Shown here: in pieces, positions 20,530 to 30,809 of the stretch
Position numbering within the stretch: the first letter of the stretch is position 1
Layout: each line of letters opens with the position of its first letter
Assembly: GCA_041658405.1 (NCBI GenBank)
Contig: JBBAAG010000002.1
Span: forward strand, 453 to 64,452
DNA: 64,000 nt
Origin: Elusimicrobiota bacterium
GTDB taxonomy: Bacteria; Elusimicrobiota; UBA5214; JBBAAG01
Direction of reading: 5' to 3'
Notes under the pieces: generated by a model
Databases searched by the model: none
The model's input: the letters and a program-made list of their open reading frames with translations, nothing else
Told to the model about the DNA's origin: nothing
Program-made: the position numbers and the translations under genes

Positions 20530-21660
20530 TTGAACCGCAATATTTGGTTGATTATAGTATTAAGTTTAACACTGTTTTCCTGTGGGGCAAAAGTTGAATG
20601 GTTGAAGATGGAAGAAGAACGCATTAATCCCACAAGCCTGGTTACTCCGGAGGACGCGCCGTTATTTGCTGATGATATGGATCTCGTGTCGTTAAAGGAA
20701 GCTGCTGAACATAATACCTCATTACTTCGCAGCGGGCGTATCGCCGGTGGAGTTAAATTCGGGGATGATAATTACCAGTCTACAGATATCGCAGAATCTG
20801 TCAATCTTTTAATACAAATATTTGAGAAAACACAGGATTCCGGGGAACGCGATAAGTTGATCAAACAGAAGTTTAATATTTACCGTTCAGCCGGGCGTGA
20901 TGGTAAAGGCGGGATGTTGTTTACGGGATACTACACCCCGACCTACCGCGGTAGTTTTGTTAAAACTGATGTTTATAAATATCCTTTATACAGCAAACCA
21001 TCGGATGTTGCAACACGTAATCCGTATTATACCCGCGGCGAAATTGACGGCCAGGGTGTTCTCAACGGTAAAGGCTTGGAAGTTGCGTGGATGGAGAACG
21101 ATCTGGACCGTTTTTTCCTGCAGGTACAAGGTTCCGGCGTGCTTGCGCAGGAAAATGGTAAAGGTATCATGGTGACTTACGGAGGGACAAACGGGCATGA
21201 GTACGTAAGTATAGGTAAGGTATTGATAAACGAGAAAAAAATTCCGGAAGCTGAAGTTTCAATGCAAAGCATCCGTGAATATCTAACAAAACATCCTGAG
21301 GATATCCGTCATGTATTTGATCAGAATCAAAGATACATATTTTTTGAAGCAAATGAAATCCCTACTGCCGCAGATGTGCAGAACGCGCTAACACCGGGAC
21401 GGTCAGTAGCGGCTGACCTTCAGTTCTTCCCCAAGGGTTTACTCGCATTTTTGAAGACCGAACGCCCGGAAGTTAATGACAAAAACGAACTTACGCAGTG
21501 GAAACCGTTCTCGCGGTTTGTTTTTGTGCAGGATACAGGTTCGGCAATTAAAAGTCCCGGGCGGATAGATATCTACTGGGGTGCGTCAAGGTACGCGGAA
21601 GTTGCTGCGGGTAATCTCAAACACCCGGGTGAACTATATTTCCTGGTTAAGAAACCCTGA
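20530..21660 (+). CDS. mltA: membrane-bound lytic murein transglycosylase A
   Basis: Lipoprotein signal and MltA motifs FTGYYTP, LQVQGSG, RSVAADLQFFPKG, and the 3D-domain VFVQDTGSAIKSPGRIDIYWG. Confidence 0.75.
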   Translation: MNRNIWLIIVLSLTLFSCGAKVEWLKMEEERINPTSLVTPEDAPLFADDMDLVSLKEAAEHNTSLLRSGRIAGGVKFGDDNYQSTDIAESVNLLIQIFEKTQDSGERDKLIKQKFNIYRSAGRDGKGGMLFTGYYTPTYRGSFVKTDVYKYPLYSKPSDVATRNPYYTRGEIDGQGVLNGKGLEVAWMENDLDRFFLQVQGSGVLAQENGKGIMVTYGGTNGHEYVSIGKVLINEKKIPEAEVSMQSIREYLTKHPEDIRHVFDQNQRYIFFEANEIPTAADVQNALTPGRSVAADLQFFPKGLLAFLKTERPEVNDKNELTQWKPFSRFVFVQDTGSAIKSPGRIDIYWGASRYAEVAAGNLKHPGELYFLVKKP

Positions 21661-21677
21661 TAGTTCCAACTTAAATA

Positions 21678-22499
21678 TTACGTTCCGACCCGTACATCAC
21701 TGGTTAATTGTTTTAACAACGCAATTACTGATAGTACTGCGAGGTAGCTGGTCTTAGGATTATCCGGTGAAGGTATATTGTGAGTATGAGTTGTTATATC
21801 TCCGAATTCGCCGCTAATACATATTTCATGGGAGTTAATCTTGGTATCCGGATCAGCTACTATTTTTACTCTTGGCAAGTACCGGAACTCTGTCGCTGCA
21901 GCAAGTACTGCTGCGACGTTTATGTTGACCGGGAAACTTTTTGCTGCTTCATAAACAGTACCGCTGAATATGCATTTCGGGCTAGTGAGTTTAGATAAAT
22001 CAATTTTATGTTTCAAAACATACGGTGCGGAAGCTAAACTTGCAGGGCTTTTTGTGGTGGTAAGCATAAGGTTCTTGATTCCGCATACCGCCGCGGCTTT
22101 CACAGCGTCAACCCCGGCAATTGCTCCGGAAGGTAAGTGAAGTTTAACACCCTGTGCTTTGTATTTCTCAATAATTCGTTTGTTTAATAATAAACCGTTG
22201 ATGCTGATGCATATAGTAGGCGTCCTGTATTTTAACGCTGCCTGCGCGACTACCGGCACTGCTGCGGGTGATGCGCATTCAAGTACGAGATCACAAATGT
22301 GTACCGCTGAATCTATGCTTTTACATATTTTAATTCCTGGTACAGCCAGGCCTGCTGCCTGTTCCGGATTTATGTCGTACACTGCCGCGAGTTTGATCCC
22401 CGGCACTTTGCCGGTGATTATACTCTTAACCACCTGACGTCCGATATTACCGCAACCGATGATTGATAGTTTAGTAATAGTTTTGTTTATTTTGTCCAT
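21678..22499 (-). CDS. nadX: L-aspartate dehydrogenase
   Basis: N-terminal Rossmann motif GCGNIGRQV and a length of about 270 aa. It sits near nadA. Confidence 0.6.
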   Translation of the reverse strand: MDKINKTITKLSIIGCGNIGRQVVKSIITGKVPGIKLAAVYDINPEQAAGLAVPGIKICKSIDSAVHICDLVLECASPAAVPVVAQAALKYRTPTICISINGLLLNKRIIEKYKAQGVKLHLPSGAIAGVDAVKAAAVCGIKNLMLTTTKSPASLASAPYVLKHKIDLSKLTSPKCIFSGTVYEAAKSFPVNINVAAVLAAATEFRYLPRVKIVADPDTKINSHEICISGEFGDITTHTHNIPSPDNPKTSYLAVLSVIALLKQLTSDVRVGT

Positions 22500-25400
22500 A
22501 CTTCACTTTCTGATAATTTGAGTATAACATCTTTACCGGTAACTACGCGTAGCTTACAGCTGTCAGTCATTACTGCCGGGAATGTAATTGTTTTCTTGAG
22601 TACATCGCGTGAATAGTTTGTGAACGTATTATCTACAGTCACCTGTCCTGCTGAATTCCAGCCGGCAGGGCTGCTACTATTTTTTGCCAGTACTTCAAGT
22701 TCATCAATTTTTCCTTGATAATATAATACTACTTTGTTGACTTCAAATGTTTTAGGGAAACGGTACTCAATTTCTATAACCGGTACTGGTGTTGACCATG
22801 ATACAATCCAGTCGTTAAGTTTTGTAATACCCGCGTCAACATCGCCTGCCGTAGGAGCTGCGCGGCGGTTTGTGAGTTTACCGTCAGAAAATGTTAACCA
22901 CCCGTCTTTTTGCTGTATTGTGGTATCTTTGATTAGATCAGGCGTAACAGAATACTTATACATCCCGCCGGGAGTATATTTAGAAGTATTTGTGAATGCA
23001 GGCTTGTTAGAATCCCAAAAAATGTAGTTATTGGTCAGGCATACGCCATCCGGGGGTAAGTGTTGCGGTAGTGTGTACTTCGGAAGTTTAAATCTCCAAA
23101 TATCATGTCCTGTTGTTATCCCAACTTTTGCGCATAATAAATTAAACAGTTCTTTCCACGCAGTATCCGTAATATTTTTTTGTGTTAACGGGTTAAACCC
23201 GAACATCCATACAGTACCTTTCCCAAAACTGTGGGTAATAACCGCGGCGCTATTGTTTTTGTAAACAGCAACGGTTTGTGTATTATTATCATTTGGTAAT
23301 AACTCATATCCGCGTTCATTAACACTTAACTCTTTGTTATTAAACACCTTGAAGTTAACAGTTTCAGTATTGACCCCAGGTAGTTTATTCCCAAGTTTAC
23401 AACCAAATAACTGTGTGTAGTCTATTTGAGTGTCATCACCCAGAGGGTCGTACATAAACGCTTCCGGGTCAAATACCACAAGTGTTCCGCCGCTGCGGAC
23501 ATAATCCTGGATTTTTTGTACAACCTCCCTGCGTTCATATTTTGCGTAGGGGACAATAATTGTTTTGTAACTATTAAGGTTAATATCACCGCGGGTAATT
23601 TGGTTATCATCGATAAACTTAAACCATGCGCGGCATACCGGGCCGAGGAAAGTGTAGATCCATTCAACTTCGGAACTAAACGTTACGCCCTGTGACTGGT
23701 ACGCGTCACAGGAGTATAATACCGCTGTATCACAAGTGTTAGGGAATTGTAGTTTGTTAATCTCAGCCGCACGCTGTGCGGTCTGCATTACTACCTCGTT
23801 TTGTACAGGTGAACCAAACCGCAGAGTGTATGTCCCACCGGTTTTGGCAACAACCCCGATGGTATCTTTTAAGTACAAATGTATCCCGGTACCGCCGTTG
23901 CGGTACACCTGGCTAAAATATTCACGGATTTCCTCTACAGTAAATGTACTTGCATAATTTTCTACGTGGCAGCACGGCCAGGTTTCTTTGCCCGTGAGGT
24001 CTGCTACGAGTTTTGTTAAGAACCCGAACTCGCACCGCGAGGAGTTTAAACTCGGGTATAATTGCGTGGTCATAACATCAAAATATTTTGTCCAGTACCC
24101 GAAATTGAAAGGTTTATGCGTAGATATAGGGTCCCATGAAACTATTTTTGTTTCCGGGGCAATGCTTTTTACAATATCAAGTACGCGTTGTTGCCTCACA
24201 AAATATTTGTCGAGTATCCATCGGTAGGTCGCGACCCAGCGTTGCCGTGCGGGGTCCTTTATATTTATGGGTAAACCGTATTTCCCGGCACCATACTTAT
24301 TCATAATTTCAGTATTTACTTCACGGATAAACGCATAGGTGTCTTTCATCACTTCAAAGTATTTTATCAAGCGGGTAATTGCCTGTTCAATTTCTTCATC
24401 TCCTGAGTATATGCCCCAGATGACATCCTCGTTCTCTTTCAACGTTTTCTCTAAATCCGAGTAGTATGACTCCAGCCCTTCCGGGGATAAATTAGAAGTT
24501 CCCGCACTATCAGGTAACCGAGGGACATTCAAGGGGACACGTTTAGGAGACGGGTATAATAAACATTTTAACCCTTTTTCTTTTAGCGTATCGCGTATAC
24601 CGCGCAGAGCTGCGGATTGTGATATCGGTAACAACTTGTTATTCTTCAGAATATCAAACGAGTCAGCGTAAATGTAGTCCATACCGTACTGCATACACAT
24701 TGGGGGTAATGCCGGGCTGGTATCATGGAACCAGTAAATCGCGCCGTTTTGTGCCAGCCCAACGGTATTAGTACTTAAAAGTTCGGTATACAATTCATCG
24801 TATACCTGGAACACCCGCGGGGTGGGGGATTTTATTGGTAGCCGGCTTTCATACGAAGTTATCCCGGATGTATAAGAAAATACCGCTTCTGTTCCGCCAT
24901 CAATATCCGCAGGATAAAATAGTTTAAGCGCCTCTCCTTTATTATTCTGTGTATCAGCAGTTTTTGATGATAAAAATATTGTATTTCCTGTAGTATCAAC
25001 AATTTTTACTGCACAGGAAAAGTTGTTGCTGCCGGATTCAGGAAATGAGATCCTGAAATTGTTATACTCCACAGGCTGTGTAAGCCCGCGGAGTACTGCT
25101 CCGCGGGAATAAATGGCTGGTATATCGATATCTTTATTCTTCCCGGTTAATAATACCTCGCCATATTTTTCCATGTCCATTACCTGCCCGATAATCCCAG
25201 GCCAGTTTGTCACAGCCTTACCCGCGCGGGGATAGTTTCTGCCGATAAATAGGTTATAAACTTCACCGGGTTGAGGCGTGGTGTTCATTGACGTAAACGG
25301 AATACGCAGTTCCATGTACCACAGGCTTTTTGCGATAACCGTTTTTATTTCTGCTCCGGAATCCCATGTAATATCTTTCCCACCGGCAATAATTTGTTCG

Positions 25401-25813
25401 TCATAAATTATTCCGCGGGTGTTAATAATAATATGGTACGCACATTTTTTGCCGTTAGATGGGTCAATCATTAGTTCTATACTATCATCACCCCAAACTC
25501 GTCCGTCACGCGCGGTAGTTTTACATATAATTTTTGAAGTATCCTCATCAGCGCAGATTAAACCAAAGTACAGGTTGGTACTGTCATAAACAGCATAGGC
25601 GGTGGTATGGATAGCTAACGGCGTTTTACTCGCGATATGTGATTTAAACCCGGTAAATACTGATGCGGCCTGCCATTCTTCCGGCCTGATTTTGCCGTCG
25701 AGTATAATTGTATTATCTTCTACCTGTGTAAGAATAGGAAAACCGTGTTTTGCAGCAGAAGCCGTACTGAATAATAGGGATAAAAATATAAATGATATTG
25801 GTATTAGTTTCAT
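22487..25813 (-). CDS. secreted protein with an N-terminal CBM9/DOMON-like domain and a GH42-like (beta-galactosidase trimerisation-type) C-terminal region
   Basis: 1108 aa with a signal peptide. CBM9-like N-terminus (ILDGKIRPEEWQAAS...LYFGLICAD...DDSIELMIDP), KYGAGKYGLP, GGTLVVFDPEAF. It is a paralog of 38159-40777. Confidence 0.55.
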   Translation of the reverse strand: MKLIPISFIFLSLLFSTASAAKHGFPILTQVEDNTIILDGKIRPEEWQAASVFTGFKSHIASKTPLAIHTTAYAVYDSTNLYFGLICADEDTSKIICKTTARDGRVWGDDSIELMIDPSNGKKCAYHIIINTRGIIYDEQIIAGGKDITWDSGAEIKTVIAKSLWYMELRIPFTSMNTTPQPGEVYNLFIGRNYPRAGKAVTNWPGIIGQVMDMEKYGEVLLTGKNKDIDIPAIYSRGAVLRGLTQPVEYNNFRISFPESGSNNFSCAVKIVDTTGNTIFLSSKTADTQNNKGEALKLFYPADIDGGTEAVFSYTSGITSYESRLPIKSPTPRVFQVYDELYTELLSTNTVGLAQNGAIYWFHDTSPALPPMCMQYGMDYIYADSFDILKNNKLLPISQSAALRGIRDTLKEKGLKCLLYPSPKRVPLNVPRLPDSAGTSNLSPEGLESYYSDLEKTLKENEDVIWGIYSGDEEIEQAITRLIKYFEVMKDTYAFIREVNTEIMNKYGAGKYGLPINIKDPARQRWVATYRWILDKYFVRQQRVLDIVKSIAPETKIVSWDPISTHKPFNFGYWTKYFDVMTTQLYPSLNSSRCEFGFLTKLVADLTGKETWPCCHVENYASTFTVEEIREYFSQVYRNGGTGIHLYLKDTIGVVAKTGGTYTLRFGSPVQNEVVMQTAQRAAEINKLQFPNTCDTAVLYSCDAYQSQGVTFSSEVEWIYTFLGPVCRAWFKFIDDNQITRGDINLNSYKTIIVPYAKYERREVVQKIQDYVRSGGTLVVFDPEAFMYDPLGDDTQIDYTQLFGCKLGNKLPGVNTETVNFKVFNNKELSVNERGYELLPNDNNTQTVAVYKNNSAAVITHSFGKGTVWMFGFNPLTQKNITDTAWKELFNLLCAKVGITTGHDIWRFKLPKYTLPQHLPPDGVCLTNNYIFWDSNKPAFTNTSKYTPGGMYKYSVTPDLIKDTTIQQKDGWLTFSDGKLTNRRAAPTAGDVDAGITKLNDWIVSWSTPVPVIEIEYRFPKTFEVNKVVLYYQGKIDELEVLAKNSSSPAGWNSAGQVTVDNTFTNYSRDVLKKTITFPAVMTDSCKLRVVTGKDVILKLSESEVWTK

Positions 25814-26730
25814 ACAATATCAAGCATACGCTGGATTGCCTGTTTTGCGCGGAGGCGGATAACTTCAGGTACATGAACCTCATATTTATTTTCAGCTAAG
25901 CTTTCCTTAATTTTTTCTAAGGTAACCCTTTTCATGTTCGGGCATACAAGTTTTGGGCTGGCAACAAAAAACTGTTTATTCGGATTTTGTTTCTGTAAAC
26001 GGTATAACATCCCGTATTCCGTACCGATAATAATTTTTGTTACTGCAAGTTCGGGTACATGTTTGAACATCCCGCCGGTTGAGAAAACGTAATCCGCTAA
26101 TGCCAATACCTCAGGGCTGCATTCGGGATGCGCCATAAATATGGCATCCGGATGCGCTTCCTGCGCGGCAATAACATCTTCTTTAGTAAGTTTCGCGTGG
26201 GTCGGGCAAAAACCGTCCCAAAGGATAAGTTCTTTCGTTGTGAATGACGATACATAACGTCCCAGGTTTTTGTCCGGTGCAAAGATAACTTTTTCTTCTT
26301 TTAACGCGTTAACTACGTGCACGGCATTTGATGATGTGCAGCAAACATCGGCTTCCGCTTTTACTTCAGCGGAAGAGTTTACATACACAACTACTGCAGC
26401 ATCGGGATGTTCGGACTTTAGTTTACGTAATTGATCCGCATCAATTTGTTCCGCTAACGGGCATCCTGCTGCCAGGTCGGGTATTAAGACGTGGCGGTTA
26501 GGATTAAGGACCGCAGCGGTTTCCGCCATAAAACGTACCCCGCAAAAAACTATGGTTTCCGCATCAGTTCTTGCGGCGGTCCTTGCAAGTTCCAGTGAGT
26601 CGCCCAGAATATCCGCAATTTCCTGTACTTCTTCAATCTGATAATTATGCGCTATAATAATTGCATGCCGTTCTTTTTGTAACGCGCGTATCTGTTTTAC
26701 TAACTCCTGTTTTTCGCTTAATGGATTCAT
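25810..26730 (-). CDS. nadA: quinolinate synthase
   Basis: IIAHNYQ, CGVRFMAETA, and the length fit NadA. Confidence 0.85.
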   Translation of the reverse strand: MNPLSEKQELVKQIRALQKERHAIIIAHNYQIEEVQEIADILGDSLELARTAARTDAETIVFCGVRFMAETAAVLNPNRHVLIPDLAAGCPLAEQIDADQLRKLKSEHPDAAVVVYVNSSAEVKAEADVCCTSSNAVHVVNALKEEKVIFAPDKNLGRYVSSFTTKELILWDGFCPTHAKLTKEDVIAAQEAHPDAIFMAHPECSPEVLALADYVFSTGGMFKHVPELAVTKIIIGTEYGMLYRLQKQNPNKQFFVASPKLVCPNMKRVTLEKIKESLAENKYEVHVPEVIRLRAKQAIQRMLDIV

Positions 26731-26845
26731 CTTATTGTTTTACAACTCCTCATTAATTACACAACCAACCCGTTTAATAATTACACTTATAAACTATATG
26801 CGGTATAGTATATCAAACCTTTCATTAATACGATTATTATGAAAG

Positions 26846-27691
26846 TTATTTTATGTACAGATTGTCAATCAACCTTGTGTTGCCATACCATACGGCTAAC
26901 AATATTACTACAGGTAATTTAATATTTTTAACTTCTTCCAAAGTATCCGGAGCGCAGATACTAATATAATCAATTTTAGAAGGATTGCTTTTATTGATAA
27001 TACTGCGTATTGCACTCAAAACTGTTTTAGCAAACCGGATTTTTTTGTTTACTACCAACTTTCTTGCGGTATTAAGTGCACAGGATAATGCTAATGACTT
27101 TAAACGCTGTTCTTTTGATAGATAGGCGTTTCTTGAACTTTTAGCAAGGCCGTCATGTTCGCGTATAATCGGGCATTCAACAATACTTACGGCTAAGTTA
27201 AGATCCTGTACCATACGTTTGACCACGCGTATCTGCTGAAAATCTTTTAACCCGAAATATGCGCGGGTGGGGTTTGTTAGGTTGAAAAGTTTTAATACTA
27301 TTGTTGCAACTCCGCGGAAATGGCCGGGCCGGAATTTGCCGCAGAGAAGGTTGTCAATTTTTTCAATATTAACATAGGTTTTGTATCCTTCGGGATACAT
27401 CTCGTTAGGTACCGGCGTGAAAATGTAATCCACCCCGATACTGCGGCATAATGCCGCGTCTTTTTTCAGCATACGCGGGTAACGCAGGTAATCTTCATTC
27501 GGCCCGAATTGCGCGGGGTTAACAAAGATTGTTACTATAACAACATCATTTTCCTTCCGTGCGCGGGTTATCAACGCTGCGTGGCCGTCATGCAAAGCGC
27601 CCATTGTGGGTATAACACCGATTGTTTTTCCGGTGGAAGCCAACCGGCGTGAAATGTTCTGTATCTCGCGGCAGGTGCGGAGTATCTTCAT
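26846..27691 (-). CDS. panC: pantoate--beta-alanine ligase
   Basis: PTMGALHDGH and the VTIFVNPAQF motifs. Confidence 0.85.
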   Translation of the reverse strand: MKILRTCREIQNISRRLASTGKTIGVIPTMGALHDGHAALITRARKENDVVIVTIFVNPAQFGPNEDYLRYPRMLKKDAALCRSIGVDYIFTPVPNEMYPEGYKTYVNIEKIDNLLCGKFRPGHFRGVATIVLKLFNLTNPTRAYFGLKDFQQIRVVKRMVQDLNLAVSIVECPIIREHDGLAKSSRNAYLSKEQRLKSLALSCALNTARKLVVNKKIRFAKTVLSAIRSIINKSNPSKIDYISICAPDTLEEVKNIKLPVVILLAVWYGNTRLIDNLYIK

Positions 27692-28188
27692 GTATTTTCA
27701 ACCCCGTACTTCACAACCTTTTGTGTTTTATCAGGTATTTGTAATAACTCATTAATATCCTTCCCTGTTATAGGATGAACAAACTGTGGTTCAATTTCCC
27801 CAAGGGGTACTAAAACAAACCGGCGTGATACCGCGCCGGGGTGCGGGATAATAAGGTTCTCGTCTTCCACCTGTAGGTTGTCATAAAACAAAATGTCGAT
27901 ATCAATCATCCTTGGGCCCCAATGCTGGCTCCGCAAACGGCCAAGCCTTACTTCAATTGCTTGACATAACTTCAGTAACCTCTGCGGTGCGTGTAATGAA
28001 GATATTTTTATGACAATATTAAGAAACGCAGGTTGTAACAATACCTTCCCTACGGGCGAAGTTTCGTATACTGACGATTGTTTTAGTATAGAAATCCCGC
28101 GGGTATTGCTCAACGCTTGTACTGCGGCAATAATATTTTTATCGCGATAACCAAGGTTTGACCCCAGGCTTAGATAAATTTCATGCAT
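27688..28188 (-). CDS. folK: 6-hydroxymethyl-7,8-dihydropterin pyrophosphokinase (HPPK)
   Basis: YLSLGSNLG, YETSPVG, GPRMIDIDIL. Confidence 0.8.
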   Translation of the reverse strand: MHEIYLSLGSNLGYRDKNIIAAVQALSNTRGISILKQSSVYETSPVGKVLLQPAFLNIVIKISSLHAPQRLLKLCQAIEVRLGRLRSQHWGPRMIDIDILFYDNLQVEDENLIIPHPGAVSRRFVLVPLGEIEPQFVHPITGKDINELLQIPDKTQKVVKYGVENT

Positions 28189-28190
28189 AT

Positions 28191-29360
28191 TTAGAGTTTA
28201 ATCTCGGACATACGTTTTAATGCTTCCATAATTTTTTCTATCGGTACAGTTAATGCGAAGCGTACATACCCTTCACCGCTGGGCCCGAACCCAACACCCG
28301 GTGTGCAAACAATCCCGGCATCATCCAAGAGTTTTCCGACAAACGCTGCGGAACTATAGTTTCTTGGGCATTTACACCACACATAAAACGTTGCCATCGG
28401 CAGTTTAGCTGACCACCCAAGGCCATTAAGGCCTTTTATAAAAATGTCACGGCGTTCACGGTATGTTTTCCGCATTTCAGTGACACAGGTTTGGTCAGAT
28501 GATAAAGCCGCTACCCCTGCTTCCTGAACAGCATTGAATACACCGGAGTCGTAGTTATCCTTAACTTTTGCAAGCCCGGCAACTAAATCCTTATTCCCGC
28601 AAACCCATCCTATCCTCCAGCCTGTCATATTATAAGTTTTGGATAATGAATGAAACTCAATTGCAACATCCTTAGCTCCGGGTACCTGAAAAATACTGCC
28701 GGGCTTGTTATCTTCATCGTAATACATTTCGGAGTACGCATTATCTGAAGCAATGATGATCCCGTGTTTTTTTGCCAGTGCCACAACTTTTTCGTAGAAC
28801 GCCATTGGCGCCACTGCGCCGGTCGGGTTGTTTGGATAGTTAATCCAAATAAGTTTTACGCGTTTAAGAGTGTTTAACGGTATAGCGTCGAGGTTGGGGA
28901 GGTAATTATTTTCTTCCTTCAACGGCATAAAGTATATTTTTCCGCCGGCAAATATTGTGCCGGATTGATACACAGGATACGCGGGTTCCGGGATAAGTAC
29001 TGTATCGTCCGGATTGATAAACGCTAACGGAAAATGGCCGATAGCTTCTTTTGACCCGATAACCGCGTGTACTTCCGTCATTGGGTCCATGTTAATACCA
29101 AACCGTTGCTGCATCCATTGTGAAGCGGTTTCACGGAAAAGTTTTAACCCCGCACCAAACGGGTACTGGTGGTGTTCCGGTTTTTCTACCGCAATTTTTA
29201 TGGCGTCAATAATATGTTTTGGCGTAGGGAGGTCGGGATCGCCAATACCTAAACTGATAATTTTAATCCCGCGCGCGAGTGCCGCTTTTTTTTTGCGGTC
29301 AATTTCCGCGAAAAGGTATGGGGGTAACTGCCCAAGTCTTTTGTTGAATTCAATACTCAT
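28191..29360 (-). CDS. dapL: LL-diaminopimelate aminotransferase (DapL-type class I aminotransferase)
   Basis: PPYLFAEID, ISLGIGDPDLPTP, NNPTG, SLSKTYNMTGWRIG. It is clustered with dapB, dapA, dapF and lysA. Confidence 0.6.
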   Translation of the reverse strand: MSIEFNKRLGQLPPYLFAEIDRKKKAALARGIKIISLGIGDPDLPTPKHIIDAIKIAVEKPEHHQYPFGAGLKLFRETASQWMQQRFGINMDPMTEVHAVIGSKEAIGHFPLAFINPDDTVLIPEPAYPVYQSGTIFAGGKIYFMPLKEENNYLPNLDAIPLNTLKRVKLIWINYPNNPTGAVAPMAFYEKVVALAKKHGIIIASDNAYSEMYYDEDNKPGSIFQVPGAKDVAIEFHSLSKTYNMTGWRIGWVCGNKDLVAGLAKVKDNYDSGVFNAVQEAGVAALSSDQTCVTEMRKTYRERRDIFIKGLNGLGWSAKLPMATFYVWCKCPRNYSSAAFVGKLLDDAGIVCTPGVGFGPSGEGYVRFALTVPIEKIMEALKRMSEIKL

Positions 29361-29379
29361 AACAATGTTTTTTATACTC

Positions 29380-29739
29380 CTACTCTTTCTTTTTTATCGT
29401 TAATAAATACCGTATCCTGAACATAACATAAACCAAAAAAAACAGTATAGCAAGTGCAATCGTATTTACGGTTAACCCTTCAAATATTTCGGGATAATCC
29501 TTAAACGTTTTTGCAGTGAAGGTAATATCCGTTAAAGCTTGTAATTTAGGGAATATTCCGCCGGTATAAACCAGGATTGTCCATAGTAGCCAGTAGAGTA
29601 CGGTGAGTACGGTCATCACAATGATAATCATCGCTCCTAAGTGTACCGGATCGTATTGCGGTACAGTTGGATCATCATTTTCTGTAAACTGGTTATTCAG
29701 GTACTGCTGAATTTTTTCAAGCCACTTACTATTTATCAT
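29380..29739 (-). CDS. small membrane protein, 2 TM helices
   Basis: A 119-aa ORF wedged between dapB and dapL at operon-like spacing. Confidence 0.45.
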   Translation of the reverse strand: MINSKWLEKIQQYLNNQFTENDDPTVPQYDPVHLGAMIIIVMTVLTVLYWLLWTILVYTGGIFPKLQALTDITFTAKTFKDYPEIFEGLTVNTIALAILFFLVYVMFRIRYLLTIKKKE

Positions 29740-29744
29740 TATTC

Positions 29745-30527
29745 TTACTTCAACCCCAAAACGTCTTGCATATCATATAATCCCGCAGGTTTTGAGGTAA
29801 GCCATTTCGCGGCGTATACCGCGCCGGAAGCAAACGCGTTACGGCTATGCGCGCGATGCGTTATCTCTACGCGTTCCCCTGCCCCAACGAACATAATCGT
29901 GTGGTCCCCAACGATATCGCCTCCGCGAACCGCGTGGACGCCGATCTCAGTTTTTTTTCTCGCCCCAACCAAGCCTTCACGGCCATAGACCGCGTCAGCC
30001 TTGAGGTCGCGGTTGAGCGTATCAGCAATAATCTCTGCAAACCGCGCAGCAGTACCAGACGGCGCGTCCTTCTTTTGGTTGTGATGCGCTTCAATAATTT
30101 CTACGTCGTAACCCTCAAGTTTTTGCGCAACTTCGCGTATGGTTTTGAATAAAATGTTCACTCCGATACTCATATTTGGCGCATGAACCACCGCGATTTT
30201 TGCGCTTGCAGTTTTTACCGCCAAGAGCTGGTCCGGGTTCAACCCGGTCGTGCCGATAACAATTGGTTTGCCAAGTTTCATAGCGGTTTCCGCGTGTTCT
30301 ACTGACGCTGTGGGGGATGAAAAGTCGATCACAACGCCGCTTTTGGCAAACGCTGCGTCAATGTTATCCGTAATTTTTACTGCGGTGCCGATAACCGTGT
30401 TTCCAACCGCCGGGCTGGCAGATGCTTCCACCGCGCCGACAATCGTAAATTCTTTGTCCGCAACGGCTAACGCGAGTATCCGAGTGCCCATCCGCCCCGC
30501 TGCGCCGCATACTGTTAAACTTATCAT
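29745..30527 (-). CDS. dapB: 4-hydroxy-tetrahydrodipicolinate reductase
   Basis: VCGAAGRMG Rossmann motif and a C-terminal DapB domain. Confidence 0.85.
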   Translation of the reverse strand: MISLTVCGAAGRMGTRILALAVADKEFTIVGAVEASASPAVGNTVIGTAVKITDNIDAAFAKSGVVIDFSSPTASVEHAETAMKLGKPIVIGTTGLNPDQLLAVKTASAKIAVVHAPNMSIGVNILFKTIREVAQKLEGYDVEIIEAHHNQKKDAPSGTAARFAEIIADTLNRDLKADAVYGREGLVGARKKTEIGVHAVRGGDIVGDHTIMFVGAGERVEITHRAHSRNAFASGAVYAAKWLTSKPAGLYDMQDVLGLK

Positions 30528-30586
30528 AATCGTAAACTCCTCATAAATCTATTAGTTATTGTCAATACCCAATGCCTATAATAATA

Positions 30587-30700
30587 CTATTTTTCCACAT
30601 ATCTCTCAAAATACTTTCTTACCTCAGTATTTGTAAAATGTACATAACATCCCTTCAAACCTCTTGAAAGCGAGGTTCTATAAATGTTTTTAATATACTG
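30587..30700 (-). pseudogene. C-terminal remnant of a second DUF2075-family gene
   Basis: The minus-strand translation is YIKNIYRTSLSRGLKGCYVHFTNTEVRKYFERYVEK*. This aligns to the last 36 residues of the intact DUF2075 protein (IIKNTYKTLMTRGTKGCYVYFTDKETEEYFMSRIGK*) at about 50% identity, including KGCYV.FT. A stop lies immediately upstream. Confidence 0.6.
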
Positions 30701-30809
30701 TTAAAATTTATTTACTTTTTGAAGTGTTGGATCTTTTGTTTCATTTATAGCAACCTTTAAAACAACGGTTGATATATATGACTTTTTGTTTGTATCTATT
30801 TGGGGTATA

